Shown here in pieces: positions 12,099-21,470 of a DNA stretch of 31,622 bases; the stretch's first letter is position 1, and each line of letters opens with the position of its first letter. The stretch is from a bacterium (lineage in GTDB: Bacteria > Hinthialibacterota > Hinthialibacteria > Hinthialibacterales > Hinthialibacteraceae), in NCBI GenBank assembly GCA_041946805.1, contig JBHGBC010000055.1, forward strand, positions 1-31,622, written 5' to 3'. The notes below the pieces were generated by a model. That model ran no database searches. It had not been told where the DNA came from and saw only the letters and a program-made list of their open reading frames with translations. A program made the translations under genes and the position numbers.

Positions 12099-13466
12099 TT
12101 GAGTTTAGCCATTTCTTCGTTGACGGACTTCCTATATGGACGCGCGCCCCGGCCGGTGGTCTGCGGGCACGATACCGCGATCGGCGCGGGAACCATGATC
12201 CCCGAAATCAATTTCACCCTGCCATCCATCGAGGTGAACGAGAGCCACTGGCCGGAGATCTGTGCGCAATACCGGGACATGGCGCAAGGGATTTGCCAGC
12301 GAGCCGTGGAACTCGAAGTTCCCGCCCTGCTGGTGGAATTCGAAGCCTTGCCCCCCATGACCATCCGCCCCCGGTGGGGACTTGAAATCACCCAGATCCT
12401 GGCCGAAATCCTGACCGCCTTCCACCAGAAATACGGACTGAAGGGCGCCCTGCGCCTGACACCCAACGACACGCGGGACCACATGCGTCCGCCCCTCATG
12501 CGCCGCGGCGCTTATTGGGACGGAATGCTGGAGACGTTTCAATCCGCCGGCGGGGCGGGGGCGGATCTGCTGGCGATCGAATCGACCGGCGGGAAGGAAG
12601 TCTGCGACGAGGCCCTGACCCAGGCCGACTTGCGCGCCCTGGTCTTCGCCCTCGGCGTGCTGGCCCCGCGCGACATGGCGTATTTATGGAAGACGATGGT
12701 GGACGCCTGCGCCCGGACGAACGTCATCCCCGCCGGCGACACCGCCTGCGGATTCGCCAACACGGCCATGGTGCTGGCGGAGCAGAAGATGCTCCCGCGG
12801 GTGTTCGCGGCGGTCGTGCGGGTGGCATCCGTCCCCCGCAGCCTGGTGGCCTACGAAGTGGGCGCGCGCGGCCCCAGCAAGGATTGCGCCTACGAAGGCC
12901 CTTACATGAAAGCCATCGCCGGCGTGCCCATCTCCATGGAAGGCCGCTCGGCCGCCTGCGCGCATCTCAGCGCCGTGGGCAACATCGCCCAGGCCGTATG
13001 CGATTGCTGGTCCAACGAGTCGGTGCAAAACCTGCGCCTGCTCAGCACCTTCGCCCCCATTGTCTCGCTGGAACATCTCGCCTACGATTGCCGCCTGGCG
13101 AACACCGCCTCCGCCCGCTCGCTCGACGACGCCCGCCGCCTGCGCGATTGGCTGGTGGATTCCGACGCCCGCCTCGATCCCCAGGCCCACGTGCTGCGCC
13201 CGGACGTGGTGCTGCGCCTCTCCGGGGAAATCATGCAAGAACCGGCGCCCTATCTCCGCACCCGCCGCGCGGTCCAGGCCACGCTGGCGGAGCTGCGCCG
13301 CGCGCACGAGGCGGACGGTCTCCGGATCGCTCCCCGGGAATTGCGCTGGCTCGCCCGGCTCGAAGCCGAAGCCGCCTCCTTGCCGGAGCGCGAAGAAGAC
13401 CTGCTCGAGGAAATGCTGCAAACTCCCCTCGCCGATAAATTCCTGCCGGATGAATACGGATTGTAA
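12099..13466 (+). CDS. mtaB: Methanol:corrinoid methyltransferase MtaB-family protein
   Basis: FLYGRAPRPV, PEINF, LLAIESTGGKE, GDTACGFANTAM, GPSKDCAYEG, PISMEG, WSNESV. Glu/Cys/Cys candidate Zn ligands are retained. TTG start at 12099 follows GGAGG (alternative ATG at 12057). Confidence 0.88.
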   Translation: MSLAISSLTDFLYGRAPRPVVCGHDTAIGAGTMIPEINFTLPSIEVNESHWPEICAQYRDMAQGICQRAVELEVPALLVEFEALPPMTIRPRWGLEITQILAEILTAFHQKYGLKGALRLTPNDTRDHMRPPLMRRGAYWDGMLETFQSAGGAGADLLAIESTGGKEVCDEALTQADLRALVFALGVLAPRDMAYLWKTMVDACARTNVIPAGDTACGFANTAMVLAEQKMLPRVFAAVVRVASVPRSLVAYEVGARGPSKDCAYEGPYMKAIAGVPISMEGRSAACAHLSAVGNIAQAVCDCWSNESVQNLRLLSTFAPIVSLEHLAYDCRLANTASARSLDDARRLRDWLVDSDARLDPQAHVLRPDVVLRLSGEIMQEPAPYLRTRRAVQATLAELRRAHEADGLRIAPRELRWLARLEAEAASLPEREEDLLEEMLQTPLADKFLPDEYGL

Positions 13467-13484
13467 ACGAAATATTATAAACAT

Positions 13485-13695
13485 GGTTCATCCGGTAAGC
13501 GTGTACTTTTTCTCTAGTATGTCCGGCCGCTTTCAATCGGGCCGGCCGGGGAGATCGATCCCCTATATCCCCTCTCCCTCTGGGAGAGGGCCAGGGTGAG
13601 GGAATTTTTGCAGGGGCGGACCTTGGTGTCCGCCCGAATCCTCGAGGGGATGGTATGCCTTTTTCACCAGCAGGTACGCACTTGCCGGATGAACC
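13485..13695. mobile_element. MITE-like element, family A (complete, 211 bp, 22-bp imperfect TIRs)
   Basis: Left end GGTTCATCCGGTAAGCGTGTAC. The right end 13674-13695 reverse-complements to GGTTCATCCGGCAAGTGCGTAC. Contains hairpin A (13570-13602) and a GGGCGGAC..GTCCGCCC hairpin. Confidence 0.8.
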
Positions 13696-13707
13696 TGAAA
13701 TGATTCC

Positions 13708-15282
13708 CTACGCCGTCTCGCTGAAATTGCGCCACTCCAGTTTCCCCAGCCGCCGCAGCGCGTATCCGGTTTCTTTCAGATAGTCGCCATAGACCACCTG
13801 GGCGTGGAAGCCCTCCATTTCCTTCAGCAGGGCGCGCCGGTCGCCGTCGACCTCGATGTTCATCTGCGAGCGGCAGGCGGGCAGGGAAGGGGTCTCCACG
13901 ATCGTCCCCCGGAAGCCCTGCCATTTCGTGCAATGCAGGTTGGGGATCACCACCGTGACCGTCTGCCCGAGGGGATAATGCACCTGGCTGGCCGCGCCGT
14001 AATCCGATTCGTAATGCGTCAGGATGGTCACCGGATCGTACGCCGTGCCGCTCATGCGCATCGGGGCCGCGCAATGCGCCACCGTGAAGAGGCCGTCGTG
14101 GGGAAAATGCGTGTTGCACACGAAGGTGGGCTTCCCCGCGATCCACCGCAGCAGCACGCCCGCGCAGGTGTGCGTCAGGTCGGTATGGCAGTAGGCGGTG
14201 TAGCCTTCGTCGTTGGCCAGGGCCAGGATCAGGCAGGGCGGCGTGTCCAGCATTTCGATCACCGGCCGCCCCATGCACAAGTCGAAGCCGAAATTCGACG
14301 CCCCCTTCTCGCGCAACAAGTCCTCGCACACGCCCAGCGCCAGGAACGAGTTGACGACGAAGCGCCGCTCGGTCTGCAGCGTCACGCCGGGCCGTTCCAG
14401 AAACGCCCGCGTCCGCCGCTCGGCCGCCTCCATCACCCGGGAATCCGCGCGCGCCTCGTCCAGCCGCCGGGCGAACTCCTCGCGGGGGACGATCTCGATC
14501 GCGTAATCCCAGGCGTCCCGCGCGTGGCCCGGCCCCAGGCGCTGGCCCGGTTCGCTGTACGCCGCCAGGCTGCCGATGGCCAGCATCTTGGTCCCCTTCG
14601 CGTTCTTGAGACCATAGACCGCGCGCATCCGCCACAGCAATTCGTTGTAGTCGTCGGTGACGATATCGTCCGCTGTCATATTCGGCTCGACCGTCGAGTC
14701 TTCGTTGCGGCGCAGAAAACGCCAATGCGCGATTTCGTGCCACAGGTAATACGGCCGGGTTTTGTGCCGGATGAACATCACCGGGGCCGCCGGACTCGCG
14801 GCCAGGATTTGGTACATCGGCCCCGAGCCGCCGGCCGCGAACATCACCAGCAGATCGGCGTCCGTGGCGGCGGCCGCCTGCGCCCCGGCTTCGTCTTTCA
14901 CCAACGCCACCGGCAGCATTTCGATGGGAAATCCGGCCCGCGCCGCCAGGTCTTGCAGGTCCTTCGCCACGCGCGCCGCCTCGGCCTCCACGGCGGCGGG
15001 ATTACTCACTTCGCCGTAGCTGCGCCAACTGGTTTTCTCTTGCGGCGTCTCCAGGTGATACACGAGCGCCGGCAGCACACGGATGGATTTCCCCTTGGGC
15101 AAGCCTGCTTCCGCCTCCGCGCCGATGCCGGGTTGGGCGGTCGAGACCAGGGGCAGGACGGCCGCCCCGGCTGTCAGGCCTCCCAAAAATCCGCGCCGGG
15201 TGATGCCGCTTGGAGAAGGGGATTCATTCGGGACCAAGGATTTCCGCGTTTCCCGCGGGCGCGGGCCGTGTTGTGAGCACAT
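13708..15282 (-). CDS. Tat-signal protein, L-fucose/arabinose isomerase-like fold (tentative)
   Basis: Tat motif ITRRGFLGG followed by a hydrophobic stretch. C-terminal TVAHC and CRSQ motifs resemble the FucI/AraA C-terminal domain. ATG at 15282 with GAGG RBS. Confidence 0.6.
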   Translation of the reverse strand: MCSQHGPRPRETRKSLVPNESPSPSGITRRGFLGGLTAGAAVLPLVSTAQPGIGAEAEAGLPKGKSIRVLPALVYHLETPQEKTSWRSYGEVSNPAAVEAEAARVAKDLQDLAARAGFPIEMLPVALVKDEAGAQAAAATDADLLVMFAAGGSGPMYQILAASPAAPVMFIRHKTRPYYLWHEIAHWRFLRRNEDSTVEPNMTADDIVTDDYNELLWRMRAVYGLKNAKGTKMLAIGSLAAYSEPGQRLGPGHARDAWDYAIEIVPREEFARRLDEARADSRVMEAAERRTRAFLERPGVTLQTERRFVVNSFLALGVCEDLLREKGASNFGFDLCMGRPVIEMLDTPPCLILALANDEGYTAYCHTDLTHTCAGVLLRWIAGKPTFVCNTHFPHDGLFTVAHCAAPMRMSGTAYDPVTILTHYESDYGAASQVHYPLGQTVTVVIPNLHCTKWQGFRGTIVETPSLPACRSQMNIEVDGDRRALLKEMEGFHAQVVYGDYLKETGYALRRLGKLEWRNFSETA

Positions 15283-15476
15283 GGTGGTTTCCTCTCTGGG
15301 ATGATGGGCGTGGGCTGACCCCCCGGGACCGGAATCGTCCGGACTGTCCTGGCGGCCTGCCGGGGACATTCTACCAAATCCCCGGCCCGGAACTACGCCC
15401 CGGAACAAAATGGCGGCGGGAAGTGAGCGCCCTCCCGCCGCCCCAGCACCATACGGTGATTACGAGTCGCGTTGGT

Positions 15477-18455
15477 CTATTGGGTTCCCGCCCGCGCCAC
15501 TTCGCGGGGGAGGAAGTTTTCCAGGACCCAAAGGCCTTGAGAATGTTGCGTGGTTGTGAAAGCGATACGTTTGTTGTTGGGGCTGATCGACATTTGTCCT
15601 AAACGCAACTGGCAAAGTTCCTCGACTTGTCCGGTGTATATGTTTTTCTTCATTAATGTGTTAGGCGTATCTCTACTTGCAAACAATATGGATTGACTAT
15701 CCGGAGCCCATCCGAAAATGGAGGCAACTTTATCTTCATCCTGAAAAACATCTTTTGTCTCATCTCCAATTAAGGAAAGCAGTTTAACTTTATTGTTAGG
15801 ATGACTTACTTGTAAAGCAATCCATTTTCCATCCAAAGAAATATAGAATGTACGTATATAACAGTCCTCTGGAGGATGATATAGTTCAAGGGTTTCACCG
15901 GTTATTAAGTTTTTGCTCCAAAAGGATCCAAAGGTGCGGGTAGAGTTTCCACCGTCGGCTGTAAGCGTTGTGGCGAAATGTGTTCGTTCATAATACAATG
16001 TTTCCCCGTCGGAAGAAATGAGACCATTGCTATAAGTAAAAAGATCATTGGATAATGACGAAGCACGTTCTTTTTGATTGGCAACCAATAGTGGTTCGAA
16101 CTTTTTTGTGTGAAAATCCATGCGATAATAACTTCCAGGATTTCCATTGATAACCCAAACCAACATTGATTGATGATCCGGGAAAATATTCACGAACCGT
16201 ATGGTTTGACCATTCGTATTGTAATGGATTTTGGGCCCCACTTCATGGATATCGGAAAAAGAATACACCGGAATTGTTTCACCCTCGAAATTATACTGTC
16301 CGGCATATTCGTCTTTCCACTGAAGGGGCAGCCATTCCGAAATTAGTTGTGTGCCATCATTCGACCATGATGAAATGTCTTTGATCCTATTGGGATGTTG
16401 AATTTCTCCCGTTGTGATATCAAAATCCGCGACATAAAAATCCGATTGATCATTGTTCTCATAGTAGAATAACTGATTTTCATGACTGATGCCTTTCGTG
16501 CTGATATCACCAATTTCCCGCTTGATCAATTGAGGAATCGGATCGAGCTTGCCGTTTATGATACGAGCACCCCAAAGATCCCAAGTCCCTGCGCGGTTGC
16601 TGGTGTATAAAATACAAGGATCGTTGGCCAACCATCCAACTAATTTATACTGAACATTCTTCTCGGCTGGAACAATCACGGTTTCAGTTTTACCATCTGA
16701 ACTCAGCAAGCGAAGATCTCTCCAGTTCCCTTTCAAATCTCCATCTCCCCAATAATTCAGTTCCTCCGCTATCCAATTTCCATCGGGAGATATCATAACA
16801 TTTATTGGCATGGCTTCATTGCAGTCGTATTTCTTGATTAAGCGCACATCTGTTCCATCGTTGGAAATCCAATATAGGTCATGGAAATGCTCATATTTCT
16901 TTTCATGCTCTTCGTCCATATAATCTTCCGCATACGCCAAGATATACTTTCCATCTTTTGTCCAATCATGTACAAATAGTCCATACAAATACTTACCACT
17001 CCAGATTAATTTTTCCTGTTTGTTGTCGATCTCATAAACATACAGGCATTCATGTCTATCATCTTGATTCGATCGGACATAAGTTATCTTTTTATTGTCA
17101 TGTGAAATCGGTAATGTATGAAACCAGGTACCCCATGCTTTGTCTAGTATTTCGAGGCCGGGAATGATTACCTTTCCTGTAGCCAATTCACTAAATTTCC
17201 ATACCTTATCTTTGTACAAGACGTATTTCCCATCCGGCGAAATCGAAACAGTTCGGTACGCGTCCGCCTCCAAATCATCGATCACCACTTGCCGCATGGT
17301 GAAAACCTGGCTGTCTTGGCTGATTGTGTCCCCGGCGACGGCTCTGGATTGAATCACCGGCTCCATCCCGGCCAGCGCCGCCAAGGCCAGCAGCGCCGCG
17401 CAACTCACCGCGCCCACGCGGCGGCGGGACACGGGCCGCCCGCTCCACCGCTCCTGCAACGACTCCAACCGCTTGCGAATTTCCGACGTCCGGGTCATGG
17501 GAATGCCTCCCGCGCCGGCCGGGCGGGCGATGATCTCCAAGGCCACGCACGCCAGCGTCTTCGAATAGGTTTCCTGGTTGCCCACGTAAGCCGCCGCCAC
17601 GCTGTCGCTCACTTCCTCGCAGGCCGCGGCGTGGGCGCTCCAAATCCGCCAGGTCAGCGGATGGAACCAGAGAATGACCCGTAATCCGTGTATCGTGGCA
17701 TACCAAGGCAAATCATGAGACCGCAAATGCGCCACCTCGTGCGCCAGAATCCCCGGGAGCCGGTCCCGATAGTCTAGATCCCGCATCCGCGCCGGCAACA
17801 CGATCACCGGCCGCAACACCCCGCACAAAAAGGGCGAAGGAACATGGGGGGAAAACCGCAGCGTCACGTCCCGCCGCGCGCCCAGGTCTTCCGCCACCCG
17901 CGCCACCATCCGCTTCACCGTCTCCGTCGCGGGCTGAGAGGTTTTGATGATACGGCTCACCCACACCGATGCCCGTCCCAGCCACGCCGCGAAGAACGCC
18001 ACTCCCAGTCCCCAGCCCGCCAGCAGCGCCAACCAAGCGTTCTGTTTTATCCACGATGCTGGATTCCAATTGGATTGCGGTATGGAAACGGAGGGTGGAG
18101 AGGGGGAAGAAACCAAACTTGGCGACGGCTCGGTTGTGGAAGGAGAGGGACTATCGATCGGAGGATACATTTCCGGTTCGAGGGCGGCTGGTTCCGGCTC
18201 GAAGGCCGGCGGCATGATCAATACCGGGAGGGTGCGGGGAACCTTCATCTCCCAGCGGGGCCCCGCCAGGAAGATCAGCGGGATCAGGACAATCCCCCCG
18301 ATCACCCCGCGCCACAGCAACACCCGCCAGCGGGGATGGCTCTGCCGCAGCCCGTAATGCGCGGCCCACCCCAGCAGCAACAGAAGGCTGATCTTCGCCA
18401 GCAGCACCCCCAGCGCCGCCCCCTCACTCCACGGTTGAATGCTTTCCCCTCCCAT
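15477..18455 (-). CDS. BlaR1/MecR1-like M56 metallopeptidase fused to a TolB/PD40-like beta-propeller
   Basis: N-terminal TM segments, SPFLCGVLRPVIVLP, HEVAH (HExxH), LWFHPL, CEEVSD. Then repeated SPDG/SHDN/TKDG/SSDG/APDS/SPNN blades. Confidence 0.9.
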   Translation of the reverse strand: MGGESIQPWSEGAALGVLLAKISLLLLLGWAAHYGLRQSHPRWRVLLWRGVIGGIVLIPLIFLAGPRWEMKVPRTLPVLIMPPAFEPEPAALEPEMYPPIDSPSPSTTEPSPSLVSSPSPPSVSIPQSNWNPASWIKQNAWLALLAGWGLGVAFFAAWLGRASVWVSRIIKTSQPATETVKRMVARVAEDLGARRDVTLRFSPHVPSPFLCGVLRPVIVLPARMRDLDYRDRLPGILAHEVAHLRSHDLPWYATIHGLRVILWFHPLTWRIWSAHAAACEEVSDSVAAAYVGNQETYSKTLACVALEIIARPAGAGGIPMTRTSEIRKRLESLQERWSGRPVSRRRVGAVSCAALLALAALAGMEPVIQSRAVAGDTISQDSQVFTMRQVVIDDLEADAYRTVSISPDGKYVLYKDKVWKFSELATGKVIIPGLEILDKAWGTWFHTLPISHDNKKITYVRSNQDDRHECLYVYEIDNKQEKLIWSGKYLYGLFVHDWTKDGKYILAYAEDYMDEEHEKKYEHFHDLYWISNDGTDVRLIKKYDCNEAMPINVMISPDGNWIAEELNYWGDGDLKGNWRDLRLLSSDGKTETVIVPAEKNVQYKLVGWLANDPCILYTSNRAGTWDLWGARIINGKLDPIPQLIKREIGDISTKGISHENQLFYYENNDQSDFYVADFDITTGEIQHPNRIKDISSWSNDGTQLISEWLPLQWKDEYAGQYNFEGETIPVYSFSDIHEVGPKIHYNTNGQTIRFVNIFPDHQSMLVWVINGNPGSYYRMDFHTKKFEPLLVANQKERASSLSNDLFTYSNGLISSDGETLYYERTHFATTLTADGGNSTRTFGSFWSKNLITGETLELYHPPEDCYIRTFYISLDGKWIALQVSHPNNKVKLLSLIGDETKDVFQDEDKVASIFGWAPDSQSILFASRDTPNTLMKKNIYTGQVEELCQLRLGQMSISPNNKRIAFTTTQHSQGLWVLENFLPREVARAGTQ

Positions 18456-18846
18456 GATTCTTCTCCTCGTTCCGCTGATTGAGCTCGTCCGCCTTTTGGG
18501 CGGTCAGGCGCTGCAACTCGCGGATGTCGTCCTCGGACAACTTTTCGGTGGCGATCAGTTGGGCGATGAGCGCCACCGGCGATCCGCCGCAGAACAGGCG
18601 GATCAGCCCGCGGATCATCTGCTGGAACGTCTTCCTCTGGGGGGTCTTGGCCTTGTAGGCGTAGGCGCGGCCTTCCTTGCGGCGCGCGACATGGCCTTTC
18701 TCCAGCAGGATGAGCAGAACCGAACGCAGGGCGGCGTTCTTGATGGGCCGGGGGAAGCGTTCCTCGATCTGCGCGGGCGTCAGCCAGCCGTGCTCCCACA
18801 GGACGGTCATGACGTCCAGCTCGGCTCGGGTGAAGATGGATTTCAT
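18424..18846 (-). CDS. BlaI/MecI/CopY-family transcriptional repressor
   Basis: TRAELDVMTVLW...LLEKGHVARRKEGRAYAY...LFCGGSPVALIAQLI..EKLS.DDI.EL. Overlaps the M56 start. Confidence 0.95.
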   Translation of the reverse strand: MKSIFTRAELDVMTVLWEHGWLTPAQIEERFPRPIKNAALRSVLLILLEKGHVARRKEGRAYAYKAKTPQRKTFQQMIRGLIRLFCGGSPVALIAQLIATEKLSEDDIRELQRLTAQKADELNQRNEEKNHGRGKHSTVE

Positions 18847-18876
18847 GGTCTCTCCTTTCCGGGATCGGGTGGAAGC

Positions 18877-18946
18877 GTGGAACGTTCCACACTTCTAACT
18901 GTGGAATATACCACAAAAAAAAAGCCGGTCAAGAGGAAATGTGGAA
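18877..18946 (-). promoter_or_regulatory. blaI-like promoter and candidate operator
   Basis: Minus strand TTGACC-N16-TATATT (18932-18905), with TG extension. Perfect inverted repeat TTCCACA-N8-TGTGGAA at 18885-18906. Further GTGGAA half-sites nearby. Confidence 0.6.
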
Positions 18947-19043
18947 AAATCTTCAGTTGGGGAGGACCACGGGAAACCGGCCCCCGGAAACGGGCGGCGG
19001 GAATGGAGAGTGAGGGCTCGCGCGGCGGGAGGCTCCTCCGGCC

Positions 19044-19817
19044 CTACTCCCGCGGGGCGGCGGGGCGGACCAGGCGCAGGAACACATCGTGCAGCAGGCC
19101 GTTGGTGGCGATGGCGTGATTTTCCCCCAGCGAAATCGCGCCGTCCCGGTTGGTGATTTTCCCGCCGGCTTCTTGAATGATGGGAATCAGCGGGGCGATG
19201 TCCCACTGGTGCATCGAAGTGTCGAAGCAGATGTCCGCCCGGCCCGTCGCGACCAGCATGTAGGCGTAGCAGTCCCCCCAGGTCCGGTGGAATCCGGTCT
19301 CCTTCAGGATATTGAAAAAAGTCTCCGGTCCCCAGTCGTTCACCACCGCTTCGAACGAGGTCATCATCACCGCGGCCTGGGACAGTTCGCTGGTCTTGGA
19401 GACGGCGCACCGTTCGCCGTTCAAAAAACAACCGTGGCCGCACAGCGCGGCCAGTGTCAGCCCCAGGGGTGGATAGCGGACCACGCCCAGCAGGCTTTCG
19501 CCCTCGCTCTCCAGCCCGATCAGGGTGCCGTAGAGGGGCACCCCGCGGATGAAGGTCTTGGTCCCATCGATCGGATCGAGCAGCCAGCGCAACCCGGAGC
19601 GGCTTTCTTTCTCTCCGAGCTCCTCGCCCAGAATGCCGTCATCGGGGAAATGGTTTTCGATTTCCTTGCGGAGGTATTCCTCGGCGGAGCGGTCGGCGTC
19701 GGTCACGGGGGAATGGTCCGGCTTGATGTGGATATCGAAAGACTGCTGAAAATACCGGAGGGTGATCTTTCCCGCTTCCTCGGCCAGATGCACGGTGAAA
19801 TCCAGCAATTCCTTCAT
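19044..19817 (-). CDS. hisN: Inositol monophosphatase family, probable histidinol-phosphatase
   Basis: KPDHSPVTDAD, GILGEE, WLLDPIDGTKTFIRGVPLYGTLIGL, RTWGDCYAY, WDIAPL..IIQEAGG. Confidence 0.8.
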   Translation of the reverse strand: MKELLDFTVHLAEEAGKITLRYFQQSFDIHIKPDHSPVTDADRSAEEYLRKEIENHFPDDGILGEELGEKESRSGLRWLLDPIDGTKTFIRGVPLYGTLIGLESEGESLLGVVRYPPLGLTLAALCGHGCFLNGERCAVSKTSELSQAAVMMTSFEAVVNDWGPETFFNILKETGFHRTWGDCYAYMLVATGRADICFDTSMHQWDIAPLIPIIQEAGGKITNRDGAISLGENHAIATNGLLHDVFLRLVRPAAPRE

Positions 19818-19857
19818 GGGAGGGGGCTCCTGACAGGACAGTGGCTTCTTTAATCTA

Positions 19858-20030
19858 CCCTCACCCCATCCCTCTCCCGGTAGAAGAGGGATGGTTTCAC
19901 GGCAGGGAAGGGGCAACGATCCGGAATATCGGAAATGTTACGTCATGCCGGCATTGAAATGTCCGTATCGACTAACCCAAAAGCCCTCATTACCGCTCCC
20001 TCTCCCCCCGGGAGAGGGTTGGGGTGAGGG
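19858..20030. repeat. Inverted doublet of hairpin A
   Basis: Copies at 19858-19890 and 19998-20030 in opposite orientations. Confidence 0.8.
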
Positions 20031-20093
20031 AAAGCCGCACGGTTTCCGACTCCTTCTGCTTTCACCCCGGTTCGGAGCAATCGAAGCCTCTCT

Positions 20094-21266
20094 CTATTTC
20101 ATGATCCGCAAATTCTCGAAGAGATACAGCCCGCTTTTGCCGGGGCAGGCGAGGTCGATATCGCCGTCGCCGTCGATGTCATCCGCCGCCGAGAGCAGGC
20201 CGAACGCGGCTGTCGTGCCTTCGTCAATGGTGTGCCGGGTCCACGCGCCCGCCTTCGGATCGAACGAGTAGTAATAAATGCAACGCGGATCCTTTTCCCC
20301 CGGGTCGCCGCCGTTGTGCGCCCAAAACCGCTTGCCGGTGATCAATTCCTCGCGCTGGTCCCCGTCCAGGTCGGCGAGAATAAGGCAATGCGGCTGCGAC
20401 CAGCTTTTGTCGATCAGGTTGGTTTTCCAGGTCCGTTTGGCCTCCTGGATCTGCTGCTCCGCCCAAAACAGGCCGTAGTCATGGCCGTAGCCCCAGATGA
20501 GGTCCGGCCGTCCGTCCCCGTTCACGTCATGCAGCAGGATGGGCACGCTGGTGCCGCCCAGGTTGAATTCGGGATGCCAGGCGTACGTATAGGCATCCCC
20601 CGCTTTTTTCACTTCGTACCAGCCGTTGGGGCATAGAATGTCCAACTGCCCGTCCAAATTCACGTCGCCCACGCCGATGCCGTGCCCCGCGCCTTCCTTG
20701 CCCGCCGCGCGCTTGATCCACTTCGGCCCGCCCGCGGGATCCTGGGCGAATTCATACCACGAAACCTCGCCCATGATGTTGGGGATGATATCGTCCACCC
20801 CGTCGCCGCTCATGTCCGCGAACACGGCGGTTTCGACGTTGTTGGGGGTGTCGATCGAGTGGAAGGGCCAATCGCCCCCCTTCGGGCCGGGATTCTCGCG
20901 CCACAGGATCTCCTTGCTGAACCACGTGACCGAAACCACGTCCAAGTCGCCGTCCCCGTCCACGTCCTGCGGGTGGTTGGCGAAATCGTTATGGTACCCG
21001 CTGGACTCCTCGATGGTCCCTACCCGGACCGGTTTCCAGTCCGGCGCCGCGTACCAGAATCCGCCGCAAATGATGTCTTTCTTCCCGTCGCCGTTGAAAT
21101 CGCCGATGCCGGTGGTCTCGAAGCGCGAATCGGCGTTGATGACGTGCTTCTGGAACGTCACGGAATTCTCCGCCGCCCCCGCGCCGGCCAACCCGATCAG
21201 GGAAAACGCCAGGCCGGTCATGCATAGAATCGGTTTACGGTACGTGAAGGAATGAATGGATTTCAT
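20094..21266 (-). CDS. Secreted FG-GAP/VCBS repeat beta-propeller protein
   Basis: Signal peptide, then seven D-x-[ND]-GDG-x-x-D-like loops (DFNGDGKKD, DVDGDGDLD, DMSGDGVDD, DVNLDGQLD, DVNGDGRPD, DLDGDQREE, DIDGDGDID). Confidence 0.9.
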   Translation of the reverse strand: MKSIHSFTYRKPILCMTGLAFSLIGLAGAGAAENSVTFQKHVINADSRFETTGIGDFNGDGKKDIICGGFWYAAPDWKPVRVGTIEESSGYHNDFANHPQDVDGDGDLDVVSVTWFSKEILWRENPGPKGGDWPFHSIDTPNNVETAVFADMSGDGVDDIIPNIMGEVSWYEFAQDPAGGPKWIKRAAGKEGAGHGIGVGDVNLDGQLDILCPNGWYEVKKAGDAYTYAWHPEFNLGGTSVPILLHDVNGDGRPDLIWGYGHDYGLFWAEQQIQEAKRTWKTNLIDKSWSQPHCLILADLDGDQREELITGKRFWAHNGGDPGEKDPRCIYYYSFDPKAGAWTRHTIDEGTTAAFGLLSAADDIDGDGDIDLACPGKSGLYLFENLRIMK

Positions 21267-21470
21267 CAAGGCATACCTCTCGAACAATGATAAGTTGAAA
21301 TCCGCGCGGAATACTCCCCCGCACCTGGTTTTAAAACCAGGCAAACCAGGGGATTCCCGCGTGATAACACGCTTTTTGCATTCCCCATCATAGAGGATTG
21401 GGAGTAGAATGCAAAGCGTGGAGGCCGGATTTCCCGCCGGGCCGGGAGCCGGCAGAATCCATATGCGTCA

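Noticed and set aside
15477..18846. Beta-lactam resistance locus
   Set aside because: No penicillin-binding sensor domain, and no blaZ/mecA-type gene nearby.
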